From Nitrospirota bacterium (lineage in GTDB: Bacteria > Nitrospirota > Nitrospiria > Nitrospirales > NS-4), in the NCBI GenBank assembly GCA_004298335.1, contig SCTG01000101.1, forward strand, positions 1 to 57,566: a DNA stretch of 57,566 nt. Reading direction: 5' to 3'. Made by a program: the position numbers and the translations under genes. Shown here one piece after another: positions 20,670 to 30,504 of the stretch. Below the pieces are notes generated by a model, which was given only the letters and a program-made list of their open reading frames with translations, was not told the origin of the DNA and searched no databases. The first letter of the stretch is position 1, and the number at the start of each line of letters is the position of its first letter.

Positions 20670-21031
20670 TGGATGCATTAACACTGTTGCCGGATTATCA
20701 GAAATTGTCCGTTGAATCGCGAAGCCGGCTGGTCATCGTCGCGGCCCAGCGGGCTCGGCAGTTGATGCAGGGCGCCCGCCCTGCGCTGCCGACCAGGCAT
20801 ACCAAGCCCACAACGATTGCGCTGGAGGAAATGCTGAAGGGGAAAATTCACTTCCTCGTCGGCAAAGAGGCTCAAAAGGCCATGAAGGAGGCCCGCAAGC
20901 AACGCGAACGTGAGCTTGAAAAGCTGACCATGGCCCAGGTCGCGGGAGCGGATGCCGCCGAGATCAAGAAGGACCTGAGCGTCGTGGTGGACGACTCTCC
21001 CAAGCCGGCGGAGGCGAGTGAAGACGACTGA
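20669..21031 (+). CDS. rpoZ: DNA-directed RNA polymerase omega subunit
   Basis: SRLVIVAAQRARQLMQGARP core. TAATG overlap with gmk. SD GAAGGAGG 9 nt upstream. Confidence 0.85.
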   Translation: MDALTLLPDYQKLSVESRSRLVIVAAQRARQLMQGARPALPTRHTKPTTIALEEMLKGKIHFLVGKEAQKAMKEARKQRERELEKLTMAQVAGADAAEIKKDLSVVVDDSPKPAEASEDD

Positions 21032-22343
21032 CCGCAACTCCAGGGCGCCGGGCGGGCGCTTTCGGGGGAAGACCATCGTGCTGGGCGTGACGGGGAGCAT
21101 CGCCGCGTACAAGGCGGTGTCGCTCGTGCGCCGTCTCATGGCTGAAGGCGCGGCCGTGCGGGTCGTCATGACGCACAGCGCGCAGCGGTTCGTCGGCCCG
21201 CTGACCTTTGAAGCCGTCACCGGCCACCCGGTCGGTACCGATCTGTTTCCATCGTCCGGTGCAGAGGTGGGTGTGGGAGGGCCGGGTACCCGCCTTGCGG
21301 GTGGAGACGCGGGGCCCCCTCCCACTACGATGGTCATGCCGCATCTCGCGCTGGCGGACTCGGCCGACCTGATCGCGATCGCGCCCGCGTCGGCCCATTG
21401 CGTGGCGAAACTGGCGCACGGACTCGCCGATGACCTGCTCTCCACGCTGGCGCTGGCGGCGGAGTGTCCGATGGTGGTGGCGCCGGCCATGGATGGCGGC
21501 ATGTGGACCCACCCGGCGGTGCGCGACAATGTCTTGACGCTCAGGCGACGCGGCGTCACCGTGCTGGAGCCCGAGACGGGGCCGCTGGCCTCCGGGCAAA
21601 CCGGCAAGGGACGCCTTCCGGAAGAAAACGCGATCCTGTCGGCGATCGCGGGCGCGCTGCATCCGGTGAAGGATTTCAGGGGCCGGCGCGTGCTCGTCAC
21701 GGCCGGGCCGACACAGGAGGCGCTCGACCCCGTCCGGTTCATCTCGAACCGCTCCTCCGGGAAGATGGGCTGGGCGCTTGCCGAAGCCGCGCGCGATCGG
21801 GGAGCCGAGGTGGTCCTGGTTGCGGGTCCCACCGCCCTCCCGCCGGTTTCCAACGTGACCGTCGTGCCGGTCGTGACCTCCGAGGACATGCGGAAGGAAG
21901 TGAGCGCCCGGTTTCTGGGCGCCGATGTTCTCATCATGGCCGCGGCGGTCGCCGACTTCAGGCCCGCCGGGCCTGCCCGCGGAAAAATTCCGAAGGGCCG
22001 CGGGCCGCGGGCGCTGACGCTCGAGCCGACCCCGGACATCCTGATGGATCTGCCGCCGCGCCGGGCCGGCCGGCTCGTCGTGGGCTTTGCGGCCGAGACC
22101 GGCGATCTGGTCGAGCGCGCCCGGGCCAAGCTGCGCCGGAAGGCGCTGGATCTGATCGTGGCCAACGACGTCACGGAGCCGGGGGCCGGGTTCGGCACCG
22201 ACACGAACCGGGCGACCCTGATCGATCGGGCGGGCCGCTGCGATGCGCTGCCGCTCATGTCCAAGCTGGACCTGGCGCATCGGATCCTCGACGCTGTTCT
22301 GGAACTTCCGACTGACCGGCTGCAGAAGGGAGGGACCGACTAA
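21018..22343 (+). CDS. coaBC: Bifunctional phosphopantothenoylcysteine decarboxylase / phosphopantothenate-cysteine ligase
   Basis: GKTIVLGVTGSIAAYK flavoprotein N-domain, PAMDGGMW, and CoaB domain VTAGPTQEALDPVRFISNRSSGKMG. It carries a 21-aa insert encoded by the 63-bp repeat at 21264-21326. Confidence 0.93.
   Translation: MKTTDRNSRAPGGRFRGKTIVLGVTGSIAAYKAVSLVRRLMAEGAAVRVVMTHSAQRFVGPLTFEAVTGHPVGTDLFPSSGAEVGVGGPGTRLAGGDAGPPPTTMVMPHLALADSADLIAIAPASAHCVAKLAHGLADDLLSTLALAAECPMVVAPAMDGGMWTHPAVRDNVLTLRRRGVTVLEPETGPLASGQTGKGRLPEENAILSAIAGALHPVKDFRGRRVLVTAGPTQEALDPVRFISNRSSGKMGWALAEAARDRGAEVVLVAGPTALPPVSNVTVVPVVTSEDMRKEVSARFLGADVLIMAAAVADFRPAGPARGKIPKGRGPRALTLEPTPDILMDLPPRRAGRLVVGFAAETGDLVERARAKLRRKALDLIVANDVTEPGAGFGTDTNRATLIDRAGRCDALPLMSKLDLAHRILDAVLELPTDRLQKGGTD
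21264..21326 (+). repeat. 63-bp palindromic repeat element, copy A, in-frame inside coaBC
   Basis: GAGGTGGGTGTGGGAGGGCCGGGTACCCGCCTTGCGGGTGGAGACGCGGGGCCCCCTCCCACT. 59/63 identical to the reverse complement of 44791-44853. Outer stem GTGGGAGGG/CCCTCCCAC and inner stem ACCCGC-CTT-GCGGGT. Confidence 0.85.
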
Positions 22344-23128
22344 TGGCGGAATCGGCATCACGGGCGTTCATGACTGAAGCCAAGGAACTGGCGGATGCGG
22401 GCCAATTCGGCAAGGCGATCGAGGTCCTCCAGCAGGGATTGAAGAAGTTTCCCAAAATGGTGAGCGCCCGGGTGCTGCTCGGAGAAATTTATTGGACGTC
22501 CGGGGACGCGTCACTGGCGCGGGCGGAGCTGGAGCAGGTCATCAAGACCACGCCGGACAACTTTGCCGCCCACCGCAAGCTGGCCCTGATCTATCGCGAC
22601 GTGGGAGACCGGCATGCGGCGGCCAAGGCCTGCGAAGCCGTGCTCCAGGCCAATCCCAAGGATCGCGAGATGAAGGACCTGCTGAACGAATTACTGGGAG
22701 AATCCAAAGAGGAGAAGCCCAAGGCCGACGCGAAGAAGGCGCCCGCGAAGGAGGAGGCCAAGGCGACCAAGACGACCCTCCGGCTGTCGGAGTCGCCGGT
22801 CGCAGACCCTCCGCGCGCCGTGGCCAACGAGGAGGAAACGCTGGTCCTGGAGGTTCCCCAGATGCCGGCCGCCGGGGCGGAGGCGGAAGAGACCGACAGC
22901 GAGACGCTGGCGGAGCTCTATATCACGCAGGGGCATCGCGACAAGGGCCTTGAGGTCTACCGCCGGCTGGTCGAGAAGGACCCCGACAACATGAAGCTGC
23001 ACGAGCGGATCATGGCGCTGGAAGAGGGCGCATCTCCGTCGGAGACGCCGGCCCAGGCTTCGCGCAAGGCGCGCATCCGCCGCCTGGAGGGATGGCTCTC
23101 CGTGATCCGGGAGCGGCGCCGGTCGTGA
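22343..23128 (+). CDS. TPR-repeat protein with acidic/Lys-rich middle region
   Basis: Three to four TPR units at the N-terminus ([18 protein letters not shown]..., [15 protein letters not shown]..., [16 protein letters not shown]) and one at the C-terminus. TAATG overlap with coaBC. Confidence 0.8.
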   Translation: MAESASRAFMTEAKELADAGQFGKAIEVLQQGLKKFPKMVSARVLLGEIYWTSGDASLARAELEQVIKTTPDNFAAHRKLALIYRDVGDRHAAAKACEAVLQANPKDREMKDLLNELLGESKEEKPKADAKKAPAKEEAKATKTTLRLSESPVADPPRAVANEEETLVLEVPQMPAAGAEAEETDSETLAELYITQGHRDKGLEVYRRLVEKDPDNMKLHERIMALEEGASPSETPAQASRKARIRRLEGWLSVIRERRRS

Positions 23129-23580
23129 ACATTCTGGTCCTTCACGGTCCGAACCTCAATCTGTTGGGGACCCGTGAAACAGACGTCTACGGCACGGTCA
23201 CGCTGGACAAAATCAACGGGGAACTGGAGTCCCTGGCGCGCGAACTGAGCGTGTCCGTCACGGTGCACCAGTCGAACGGCGAGGGGGAGCTGGTGGAATG
23301 GATTCAGAAGGCAGGGGGCCGGTACGACGCGCTCGTCATCAACCCCGGAGCCTACACCCACACGAGCGTCGCCCTGCGGGACGCCGTGGCGGGGGTCGGG
23401 ATTCCGACCATCGAGGTGCATCTGTCCAACATCTACCGCCGCGAGGAGTTCCGCCAGCATTCCTACATCGCCGGGGTGGCGGTCGGCCAGATCTCGGGCT
23501 TTGGCGCGGACAGCTACGCGCTGGGGCTCCGGGCCGCCGTCGCACATCTGCGGGCGCAGCAGGCGACCGCCAAGAAATAG
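23125..23580 (+). CDS. aroQ: Type II 3-dehydroquinate dehydratase
   Basis: [32 protein letters not shown], and [21 protein letters not shown] overlap with the upstream stop. Confidence 0.93.
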   Translation: MNILVLHGPNLNLLGTRETDVYGTVTLDKINGELESLARELSVSVTVHQSNGEGELVEWIQKAGGRYDALVINPGAYTHTSVALRDAVAGVGIPTIEVHLSNIYRREEFRQHSYIAGVAVGQISGFGADSYALGLRAAVAHLRAQQATAKK

Positions 23581-23613
23581 CGGGCATGAACCAGGAGAAG
23601 GAGCGAGACACAC

Positions 23614-24170
23614 GTGATTTCAACGTCGGAATTTCGGAATGGCTCGAAGCTCGAACTGGACGGGGAGCCGTTCACGATCATCGAGTTTCAGCACGTCAAG
23701 CCGGGCAAAGGCGGGGCCTTTGTGCGGACTAAATTGAAGAGCCTCAGGTCGGGCAACGTGATTGAGCGGACGTACCGCTCGGGAGAAAAACTGGACACGC
23801 CCGATCTGGACGAGCGGGAGATGACCTTTCTCTACGTGGAGGGCGATCAATATACCTTCATGGACACCACGACGTACGAGCAGCTGACGTTCGGCCGGGA
23901 TCGGCTGGGCGACGGCTGGGACCTGCTCAAGGAAGACATGACCGTCAAGCTGCTGCTCCACGAGGGAGTGCCGATCGGGATGGAACTGCCGATCTTCGTG
24001 GAGCTCAAGGTCGTCAAGACCGACCCGGGCGTGCGCGGGGATACGGCCTCAGGCGGCTCGAAGCCGGCCACGCTCGAAAGCGGGGCGACCATCAAGGTCC
24101 CGCTCTATCTTGACGAAGGCGTGGTGGTCAAAGTCGATAGCCGCACCCGCGAATACGTGGAACGCGCCTG

Positions 24171-24171
<1 letters not shown>
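23614..24171 (+). CDS. efp: Translation elongation factor P
   Basis: ISTSEFRNGSKLELDGEPFTIIEFQHVKPGKGGAFVRTKLK. GTG start with SD AGGAGAAGGAG. Confidence 0.95.
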
Positions 24172-24710
<539 letters not shown>

Positions 24711-24713
24711 GGG

Positions 24714-26066
24714 GTGTTCAAGAAAATCCTCATCGCCAACCGCGGCGAGATCGCGGTGCGGGTCATCCGGGCCTGCAAGGAACTCGGCGTCCGCAGCGTG
24801 GCCGTTCATTCGGAGGTCGACAAGGACTCCGTCCACGTCCGGCTCGCGGACGAGCATCTGTGCATTGGGCCCGCCGACCCCGCGCTGAGCTACCGCAACA
24901 TTCCCAACATTCTGAGCGCGGCCGAAATCACGGCCTGCGACGCGGTGCATCCCGGGTACGGCTTCCTGGCCGAGAACGCCCACTTCGCCGAGGTCTGCGA
25001 GTCGATCGGCATCAAGTTCATCGGGCCGACGTCCGAGAACATCGCCACCATGGGCGACAAGTCCAAGGCGCGCGACATCATGATCAAGCATGGACTGCCG
25101 GTGCTCCCGGGCAGCGAAGGCGAGATCGCCAGCGAGCAGGAGGCCGCGGCGGTGGCCGCCAAGATCGGCTATCCGGTGATCATCAAGGCGTCCGCGGGAG
25201 GGGGCGGGCGCGGGATGCGCGTGGTGAACAAGGAGGACGAGTTGTCCCACGCGTTCCAGGCGGCCAGGGCGGAGGCGGCCGCGGCGTTCGGAGACCAGGG
25301 CGTGTACGTGGAGCGGTACTTCCTCGAGCCGCGGCACATCGAAGTGCAGATCCTGGCGGACGAGAAGGGCCGTACCATCTCGCTGGGCGAGCGCGACTGC
25401 TCCGTCCAGCGCCGCTACCAGAAGCTTATCGAGGAAACGCCGTCGCCGGCGGTGGACGACCGTCTTCGCCGGGAATTGAGCCGGGTGGCGGTCGAGGCGG
25501 CCCAGGCCGTCCGCTACCGCAACGCGGGCACCGTCGAGTTCCTGCTGGACAAGGAGCGGCGCTTCTACTTCATGGAGATGAATACGCGGATTCAGGTCGA
25601 GCATCCCATCACGGAGGAAGTGACCGGCATCGACCTGATCAAGGAGCAGATCAAGATCGCCGCCGGCATGGCGCTGTCCTGGAAGCAGCAGGACGTGAAG
25701 ATCACCGGCCACAGCATCGAGTGCCGGATCAACGCCGAATGCCCCGACACGTTCACGCCCTGTCCCGGACGGATCACCAAGTGCCATCCGCCCGGCGGGC
25801 CGGGGGTGCGGGTGGACACCGCGATCGAGCCAGGGTCCGAAATCACGCCCTATTATGATTCCCTGATCGCGAAGCTGATCGTGCGCGGCCACACACGGGA
25901 CGAGGCGCTGGCGCGGATGCGGCGGGCCCTGGATGAGTGTGTGATCGAGGGCATCAAGACCACGATCCCGTTGCTCCGCCGGGTCCTCGACGATCCAGAT
26001 TTCCAGAAGGGCCGCTTCTCCACGGCCTTCCTCGAGCGCTTCATGTCCGCGCCTTCTTCCAGCTGA
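24714..26066 (+). CDS. accC: Acetyl-CoA carboxylase biotin carboxylase subunit
   Basis: [23 protein letters not shown]-grasp [10 protein letters not shown], and [14 protein letters not shown]. Confidence 0.96.
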   Translation: MFKKILIANRGEIAVRVIRACKELGVRSVAVHSEVDKDSVHVRLADEHLCIGPADPALSYRNIPNILSAAEITACDAVHPGYGFLAENAHFAEVCESIGIKFIGPTSENIATMGDKSKARDIMIKHGLPVLPGSEGEIASEQEAAAVAAKIGYPVIIKASAGGGGRGMRVVNKEDELSHAFQAARAEAAAAFGDQGVYVERYFLEPRHIEVQILADEKGRTISLGERDCSVQRRYQKLIEETPSPAVDDRLRRELSRVAVEAAQAVRYRNAGTVEFLLDKERRFYFMEMNTRIQVEHPITEEVTGIDLIKEQIKIAAGMALSWKQQDVKITGHSIECRINAECPDTFTPCPGRITKCHPPGGPGVRVDTAIEPGSEITPYYDSLIAKLIVRGHTRDEALARMRRALDECVIEGIKTTIPLLRRVLDDPDFQKGRFSTAFLERFMSAPSSS

Positions 26067-26067
26067 T

Positions 26068-26697
26068 GTGCGTTTCTCCGGCCTCTATTTAATCCTCGAC
26101 CCTTCCATCGCGGGTTCCCGTTCCTTGGTTGATCTCGTTAAAACGGCGCTGGATGCCGGAGTCCGGCTCTTTCAGCTCCGGATGAAGGCGCCCGACACGC
26201 GGACGTTCCATGACATGGCCGCGGCGTTATGCCCGCTGGTCCGGGCCGGCGGCGGGACATTCATCGTCAATGATCGTTGTGATGTGGCGGCGGCGGCGGG
26301 AGCGGACGGCGTCCACCTCGGGCAGGAGGATCTGCCGCTTGCAGACGCGCGGGTGATCCTGGGGCCTGGCAAGCTGATCGGGATCTCCACGCACACGCTT
26401 GTCCAGGCGCTCGCCGCCGAGCGGGGAGGGGCGGACTATATCGGCTTCGGTCCGATTTTCCCGACGGCGACGAAGACGAATCCCGACCCGGTCGTCGGCG
26501 TGGCCGGCCTGCGCGAGGCGCGCGCCGGGGTGCGCCTGCCCATCGTGGCCATCGGGGGGATCACTGCCAAGAATGCGGGAGCCGTCGCCGCCGCCGGCGC
26601 CGACTGCTGTGCGGTGGTCTCAGCCGTCCTGGCCGCTCCCGATCCCCAAGCGGCTCTTGCGGAGCTGGTCGAGGCCGTCGCAAAGAATCCGCGCTAG
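26068..26697 (+). CDS. thiE: Thiamine-phosphate synthase
   Basis: GLYLILD N-terminus, VNDRCDVAAAAGADGVHLGQEDL, and GFGPIFPTATK. GTG start immediately after the accC stop. Confidence 0.9.
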   Translation: MRFSGLYLILDPSIAGSRSLVDLVKTALDAGVRLFQLRMKAPDTRTFHDMAAALCPLVRAGGGTFIVNDRCDVAAAAGADGVHLGQEDLPLADARVILGPGKLIGISTHTLVQALAAERGGADYIGFGPIFPTATKTNPDPVVGVAGLREARAGVRLPIVAIGGITAKNAGAVAAAGADCCAVVSAVLAAPDPQAALAELVEAVAKNPR

Positions 26698-27059
26698 AGC
26701 GGCCACAGGGCGGCCGCCTCGTTTTTGGCGATATGCGCCGCCAGGTTCGGGGCTTGCACCGCCGTGGCCGAGTCGGCAATCAGCGGAGCCTCGAATTCAA
26801 GACCCGCCGTTTCTCCCCGCTGCCACACGATTGTGGCGGTGAGATCCTCGGTGATTTCCCGTCCACCATCAGCTTGGAAGCGAAACCGAAGCGTGGTCTT
26901 GCCGGAGGGCTTCAGGGGTTCCCGGACATACAGCGCGACCCCGGTCCGGCTGATATTGCCCACCGCTCCCCAGATGGGTTCGGCGCGGTCGGCCATCATG
27001 ATGTCCACGCGCGCGATCAGGTGGAACCGGGGCGCCGCCCGCTGTCTTTGTTCGGCCAC
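26694..27059 (-). CDS. PilZ-domain protein (putative c-di-GMP receptor)
   Basis: RxxxR (RAAPR) and N/DxSxxG (NISRTG) motifs in a 121-aa single-domain protein. Confidence 0.75.
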   Translation of the reverse strand: MAEQRQRAAPRFHLIARVDIMMADRAEPIWGAVGNISRTGVALYVREPLKPSGKTTLRFRFQADGGREITEDLTATIVWQRGETAGLEFEAPLIADSATAVQAPNLAAHIAKNEAAALWPL

Positions 27060-27074
27060 GAGATGCTCCCTGCG

Positions 27075-27881
27075 TCACTTGCTGCTGACCCAGACCGCCG
27101 CCAGCCCGTCGGCAAAACTGCGCGCTTCCCCGAACTGCGGCTTGATGACGGTCTTCCCGGACTTGTCGATGTAGCCCCATTTGCCGCCGATCTCGACGAG
27201 GGCCAGTCCGTCGGAGGGCGGGGCGGCCCTGTCGAATTGCAACGGGATGACGAGCTTGCCCGTCGTGTCGATGTAGCCCCACTTGCCGCTCATGTCTCTC
27301 ACCGGCGCCAGCCCTTCCGAGAAGCGCTTGGCCCACCCGAACTGCGGCTTGACGGCGAATTTTCCGGTCTGGTCGATATAGCCCCACTTGCCGTTGAAGT
27401 ATTCCACCGGCGCCAGACCTTCGGAGAAGGGGCCGGCGTCTTCAAATTGCGGCGGGATGGCGATCTTCCCGGTCTTGTCGATAAAGCCGATCTTCGAGCC
27501 GAAGCCGTCCTTGACGTCGATCCTGATCGCGGCCAAGGGTTCGGTGAGCGTGTCGGACGACTTGTAGATGATCTTGACCTCCTCGAACTGCGGCGGGATG
27601 GTGACCTTCCCCGTCTTGTCGATGTAGCCCCACTTGCCGTCCTTGCTGATCGCCGCCAGCCCTGCGATAAACGGGCCGGCATCGTCGAACTGCGGCGGGA
27701 TGGCGAACTTCCCCGTCTTGTCGATGTAGCCGACGGTCAATTTCTCGTCTTTCGGATTTTTGGCCTCCTCGGCTTTCGAGCAGCCGACGCCAAGGAGTAA
27801 AAGAACGACCAGGGCGAAGCGGCCCGGAGATCCGAGCGCCGCGGTCGCGGCGAACTGTCGTGTCGTGGTCATGGTGGTCAT
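27075..27881 (-). CDS. WG-repeat (KWG-type) lipoprotein
   Basis: ATG at 27881 with SD AAGGAAGG. Signal peptide plus lipobox LLLLGVGC. About eight repeats of GKWGYIDKTGKxxIPPQFxxAxxFSEGLA. Confidence 0.85.
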   Translation of the reverse strand: MTTMTTTRQFAATAALGSPGRFALVVLLLLGVGCSKAEEAKNPKDEKLTVGYIDKTGKFAIPPQFDDAGPFIAGLAAISKDGKWGYIDKTGKVTIPPQFEEVKIIYKSSDTLTEPLAAIRIDVKDGFGSKIGFIDKTGKIAIPPQFEDAGPFSEGLAPVEYFNGKWGYIDQTGKFAVKPQFGWAKRFSEGLAPVRDMSGKWGYIDTTGKLVIPLQFDRAAPPSDGLALVEIGGKWGYIDKSGKTVIKPQFGEARSFADGLAAVWVSSK

Positions 27882-27979
27882 CCTTCCTTGTGGGGTATAT
27901 ACGGGAAATTGCTTGAGGGCATGGTACGCCAGGGTGAAGAAAATGTCCAGCGATTGCAGAAGCGGGCGGCGCGAAAGGG

Positions 27980-29086
27980 CTAACGTTTGCGCTTGGGCGC
28001 GGTTTTTGGTTTTGACGCGGCCTTGGGTTTGCTGACGGGGGCGGGTTTGGCCGCGGGCGTGGCTTCCAGGGCTTTCAGGCGCGCTTCCATGTCGCGGAGC
28101 TGCTGGCGCAATTCGGGAAGTTTGGCCACGATGGCCATGGACTTGAGCCATTCCAGGCGGGGCTGGGCGGGAGCGCCGGCGACGACTTCCTTGGCCTGGA
28201 CGTCGCGGTTCAGTCCCGACCGCGCCGCGACCATGGCGAGGTCTCCGATCGTGACGTGATCGGAGATGCCGGCCTGCCCGCCGACGATCACGTGGTGCCC
28301 CGTCTTGCTGCTCCCGGCGATCCCGACCTGCGAGACCAGGATATTGTGCTCGCCGATCTCGACGTTGTGGGCGATCTGGACCAGATTGTCCACTTTCGTG
28401 CCCCGGCGGATGACTGTCCTGCCGAACGTGGCGCGATCCACGGTCACGTTGGCGCCGAGCTCGACGTCGTCTTCGATCACGACCGTCCCGACCTGCGGGA
28501 TCTTATGGTGCCGCCCGCCTTCCTGCACGTAGCCGAACCCGTCGCTCCCGACGACCGTGCCTGCGTGGATGATCACGCGGTTGCCGATGGTGACGCCTTC
28601 GCGGATCGTCACGTTGGGATGGATTACGCAGGCCTCGCCGATGACGCTTCCTTCGCCGACGAAGACACCGGGATAGAGGATGCTGCCCCGCCCGATCCGG
28701 GCCCGGTCGTTGAGCGTGACGAACGGCCAGATGGACGCGTCCTCCCCGATGACGATATCGACCCCACGGTGGACGAGGATGCTGAGGCCGAGGGGCAGGC
28801 GATGGGGAACGAAAAACTTCTCCACGACCTGTGCCATGGCCAAGGTGGGGTGGGGGACCACGATCTGGGCGCAGGCGAGGTGCTCGATGCGCTGGGGCAC
28901 CAGCAGGGCGGCCGCCTTGGTGGTCTTCACGTCTTTTGCGGCGGACGCGTCGGCGAGAAACGACAGGTCGCCGGGGCCGGCCTCCTGGAGTCCGGAGACT
29001 CCGGTCGCCACGAGGTCCGGAGAGCCGACCAGCGCCCCCTTCGTGAAGGAGGCGATCTGTTCGAGTGTGACGGCGAAGAGGGCCAT
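27980..29086 (-). CDS. lpxD: UDP-3-O-acylglucosamine N-acyltransferase
   Basis: ATG at 29086 (MALFAVTLEQIA). Left-handed beta-helix hexapeptide repeats, HHKIPQVGTVVIEDDVELGAN. It has a ~35-aa Lys/Pro/Ala-rich C-terminal tail. Confidence 0.9.
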   Translation of the reverse strand: MALFAVTLEQIASFTKGALVGSPDLVATGVSGLQEAGPGDLSFLADASAAKDVKTTKAAALLVPQRIEHLACAQIVVPHPTLAMAQVVEKFFVPHRLPLGLSILVHRGVDIVIGEDASIWPFVTLNDRARIGRGSILYPGVFVGEGSVIGEACVIHPNVTIREGVTIGNRVIIHAGTVVGSDGFGYVQEGGRHHKIPQVGTVVIEDDVELGANVTVDRATFGRTVIRRGTKVDNLVQIAHNVEIGEHNILVSQVGIAGSSKTGHHVIVGGQAGISDHVTIGDLAMVAARSGLNRDVQAKEVVAGAPAQPRLEWLKSMAIVAKLPELRQQLRDMEARLKALEATPAAKPAPVSKPKAASKPKTAPKRKR

Positions 29087-29090
29087 GGGC

Positions 29091-30425
29091 TTATTGCGTC
29101 GGGGCAGGTTCCGAGACGTTCCGGAGATCGGCCAGTTTGAGCCACGCCGCCAGGTGGTCGTCGTCCGCTTCCGGGTCCTGCTCGACCGAGAAGCGAAGCG
29201 ACAGGAGGAAATCATCCCAGGGCAGATTGTGGTGCACGATCTGGTTCAGCCAGACCGCATCCAGCGAGAGGGTGCAGGGGGCCGGCCGGTCGTCGGTCCG
29301 CTCGACGGTGCATTCCCCGGCGTCGAACCGGACCAGGAAGTCCCCCCCGTGCGGGCCGTCCACGAGGAACCGGATCTCCAGCTTGAGGTCGTTGCGGACG
29401 GGCTCGTTCGATTCCGCCAGGCGCTGCACGTAGGTGCGAAACGGCTCGAAGAGGTCTTCCGTCGGGCGCGGCAGTCCGTCCAGATGGGCGGCGATGGCCG
29501 GGCGCATCCGCCCGGCGTAGGCGGTGAGATACGCGTCCCTCTGCCCGAACGAAAACTCGCGGCGGATCGCCTGGTCCGGCGTGAATTCCCCGCTGATCAG
29601 GTTCACGCGGTCGCCCGGCAGGGGAATCTCGATCCGGCGCTGGTAGCCCCGCTGCTGCAGCCAGTCGCAGGCGCGCTTCTGGTCCGGCACGAGTCCCTTG
29701 CCGCCGCAGTCGTCGTTGTAGCGGAACAGCGCGTCTTCCAGCAACGCCGGCGGCCCGGCGAAGGGAAAGCCCACGCGCGGCGGCATCTGGTCCAGCGTCT
29801 GGTAGGCGTATTCCAGTTTCTCGACCCGCTTGACCATCGACAGCGAGGCGATCCGCTCGTCCGAGTGGCGGCAGCGCAGCGGGTTCCAATCGGGCGCGGC
29901 GCACTGGATCAGGAGCGCGTCGATGCGGCCGCCCGTCCGGACCTTCAGGACGTCGCGCTGCTTCGGCTTGAGCCGGAGCCGGTTCATGTTGATCAGCACG
30001 GCCTCGCGCGTGCGGAACGTCGCCGCGGCGCACTGGCTGTCCGGCGTGTCGTCGGTCGTGAACACCAGCCGCAGCCCCTCGCCGAAGGCGTGCTCCGCGC
30101 CGGGCTTCACTTCAGTGATGGGATTGGCGCAGGCCTGGCGGACCGCGTTCCATAAGTGGCGCGACGCGTATCGGGGGACGACGATGGGCGTGTCCGGGGA
30201 CAGCTTCCGTGACAAAAAGGCGGCGTCGAGATGGTCCTGGCGAGCATTTGTGATGACGACCGCCGAGAGGTCCCGGTAGTCCCGTTCCCCAAGATGATGG
30301 TTGCAGGGAAACTGGAACCAGCTGGCGTGATAGGCCCCGCTCGGGGACAGCCAGGGGTCGCAGGCCACGTGGATTTTCCCGTGGGCGACGATGAATCCCG
30401 CGTGTCCCAGAAACTCAAGCTGCAT
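29091..30425 (-). CDS. MBL-fold-like protein with degenerate metal motif and a C-terminal SCP2-like region
   Basis: ATG at 30425 (MQLEFLGHAGFIV, typical of Lactamase_B_2-type proteins). The HxHxDH position reads NARQDH. The C-terminal ~110 aa show an SCP2-like pattern (inference). Confidence 0.6.
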   Translation of the reverse strand: MQLEFLGHAGFIVAHGKIHVACDPWLSPSGAYHASWFQFPCNHHLGERDYRDLSAVVITNARQDHLDAAFLSRKLSPDTPIVVPRYASRHLWNAVRQACANPITEVKPGAEHAFGEGLRLVFTTDDTPDSQCAAATFRTREAVLINMNRLRLKPKQRDVLKVRTGGRIDALLIQCAAPDWNPLRCRHSDERIASLSMVKRVEKLEYAYQTLDQMPPRVGFPFAGPPALLEDALFRYNDDCGGKGLVPDQKRACDWLQQRGYQRRIEIPLPGDRVNLISGEFTPDQAIRREFSFGQRDAYLTAYAGRMRPAIAAHLDGLPRPTEDLFEPFRTYVQRLAESNEPVRNDLKLEIRFLVDGPHGGDFLVRFDAGECTVERTDDRPAPCTLSLDAVWLNQIVHHNLPWDDFLLSLRFSVEQDPEADDDHLAAWLKLADLRNVSEPAPTQ

Positions 30426-30489
30426 GGGCGCTGTCTCTCCGGATGCAGACTCAGCATAGTCGGTCAGGGTGGGAACAATCAAGGAACTC

Positions 30490-30498
30490 TGGTAGAAT
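30490..30498 (+). promoter_or_regulatory. Extended -10 element (TGGTAGAAT) 6 nt upstream of the trpF ATG; candidate leaderless promoter
   Basis: TAGAAT at 30493-30498 and ATG at 30505. There is no SD in between. Confidence 0.35.
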
Positions 30499-30504
30499 CC
30501 GCCC

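Noticed and set aside
26040-26070. Looked for a TPP riboswitch upstream of thiE, and for leader or attenuator structures upstream of trpF
   Set aside because: thiE starts immediately after the accC stop and trpF immediately after a -10 box, so there is no space for such leaders.
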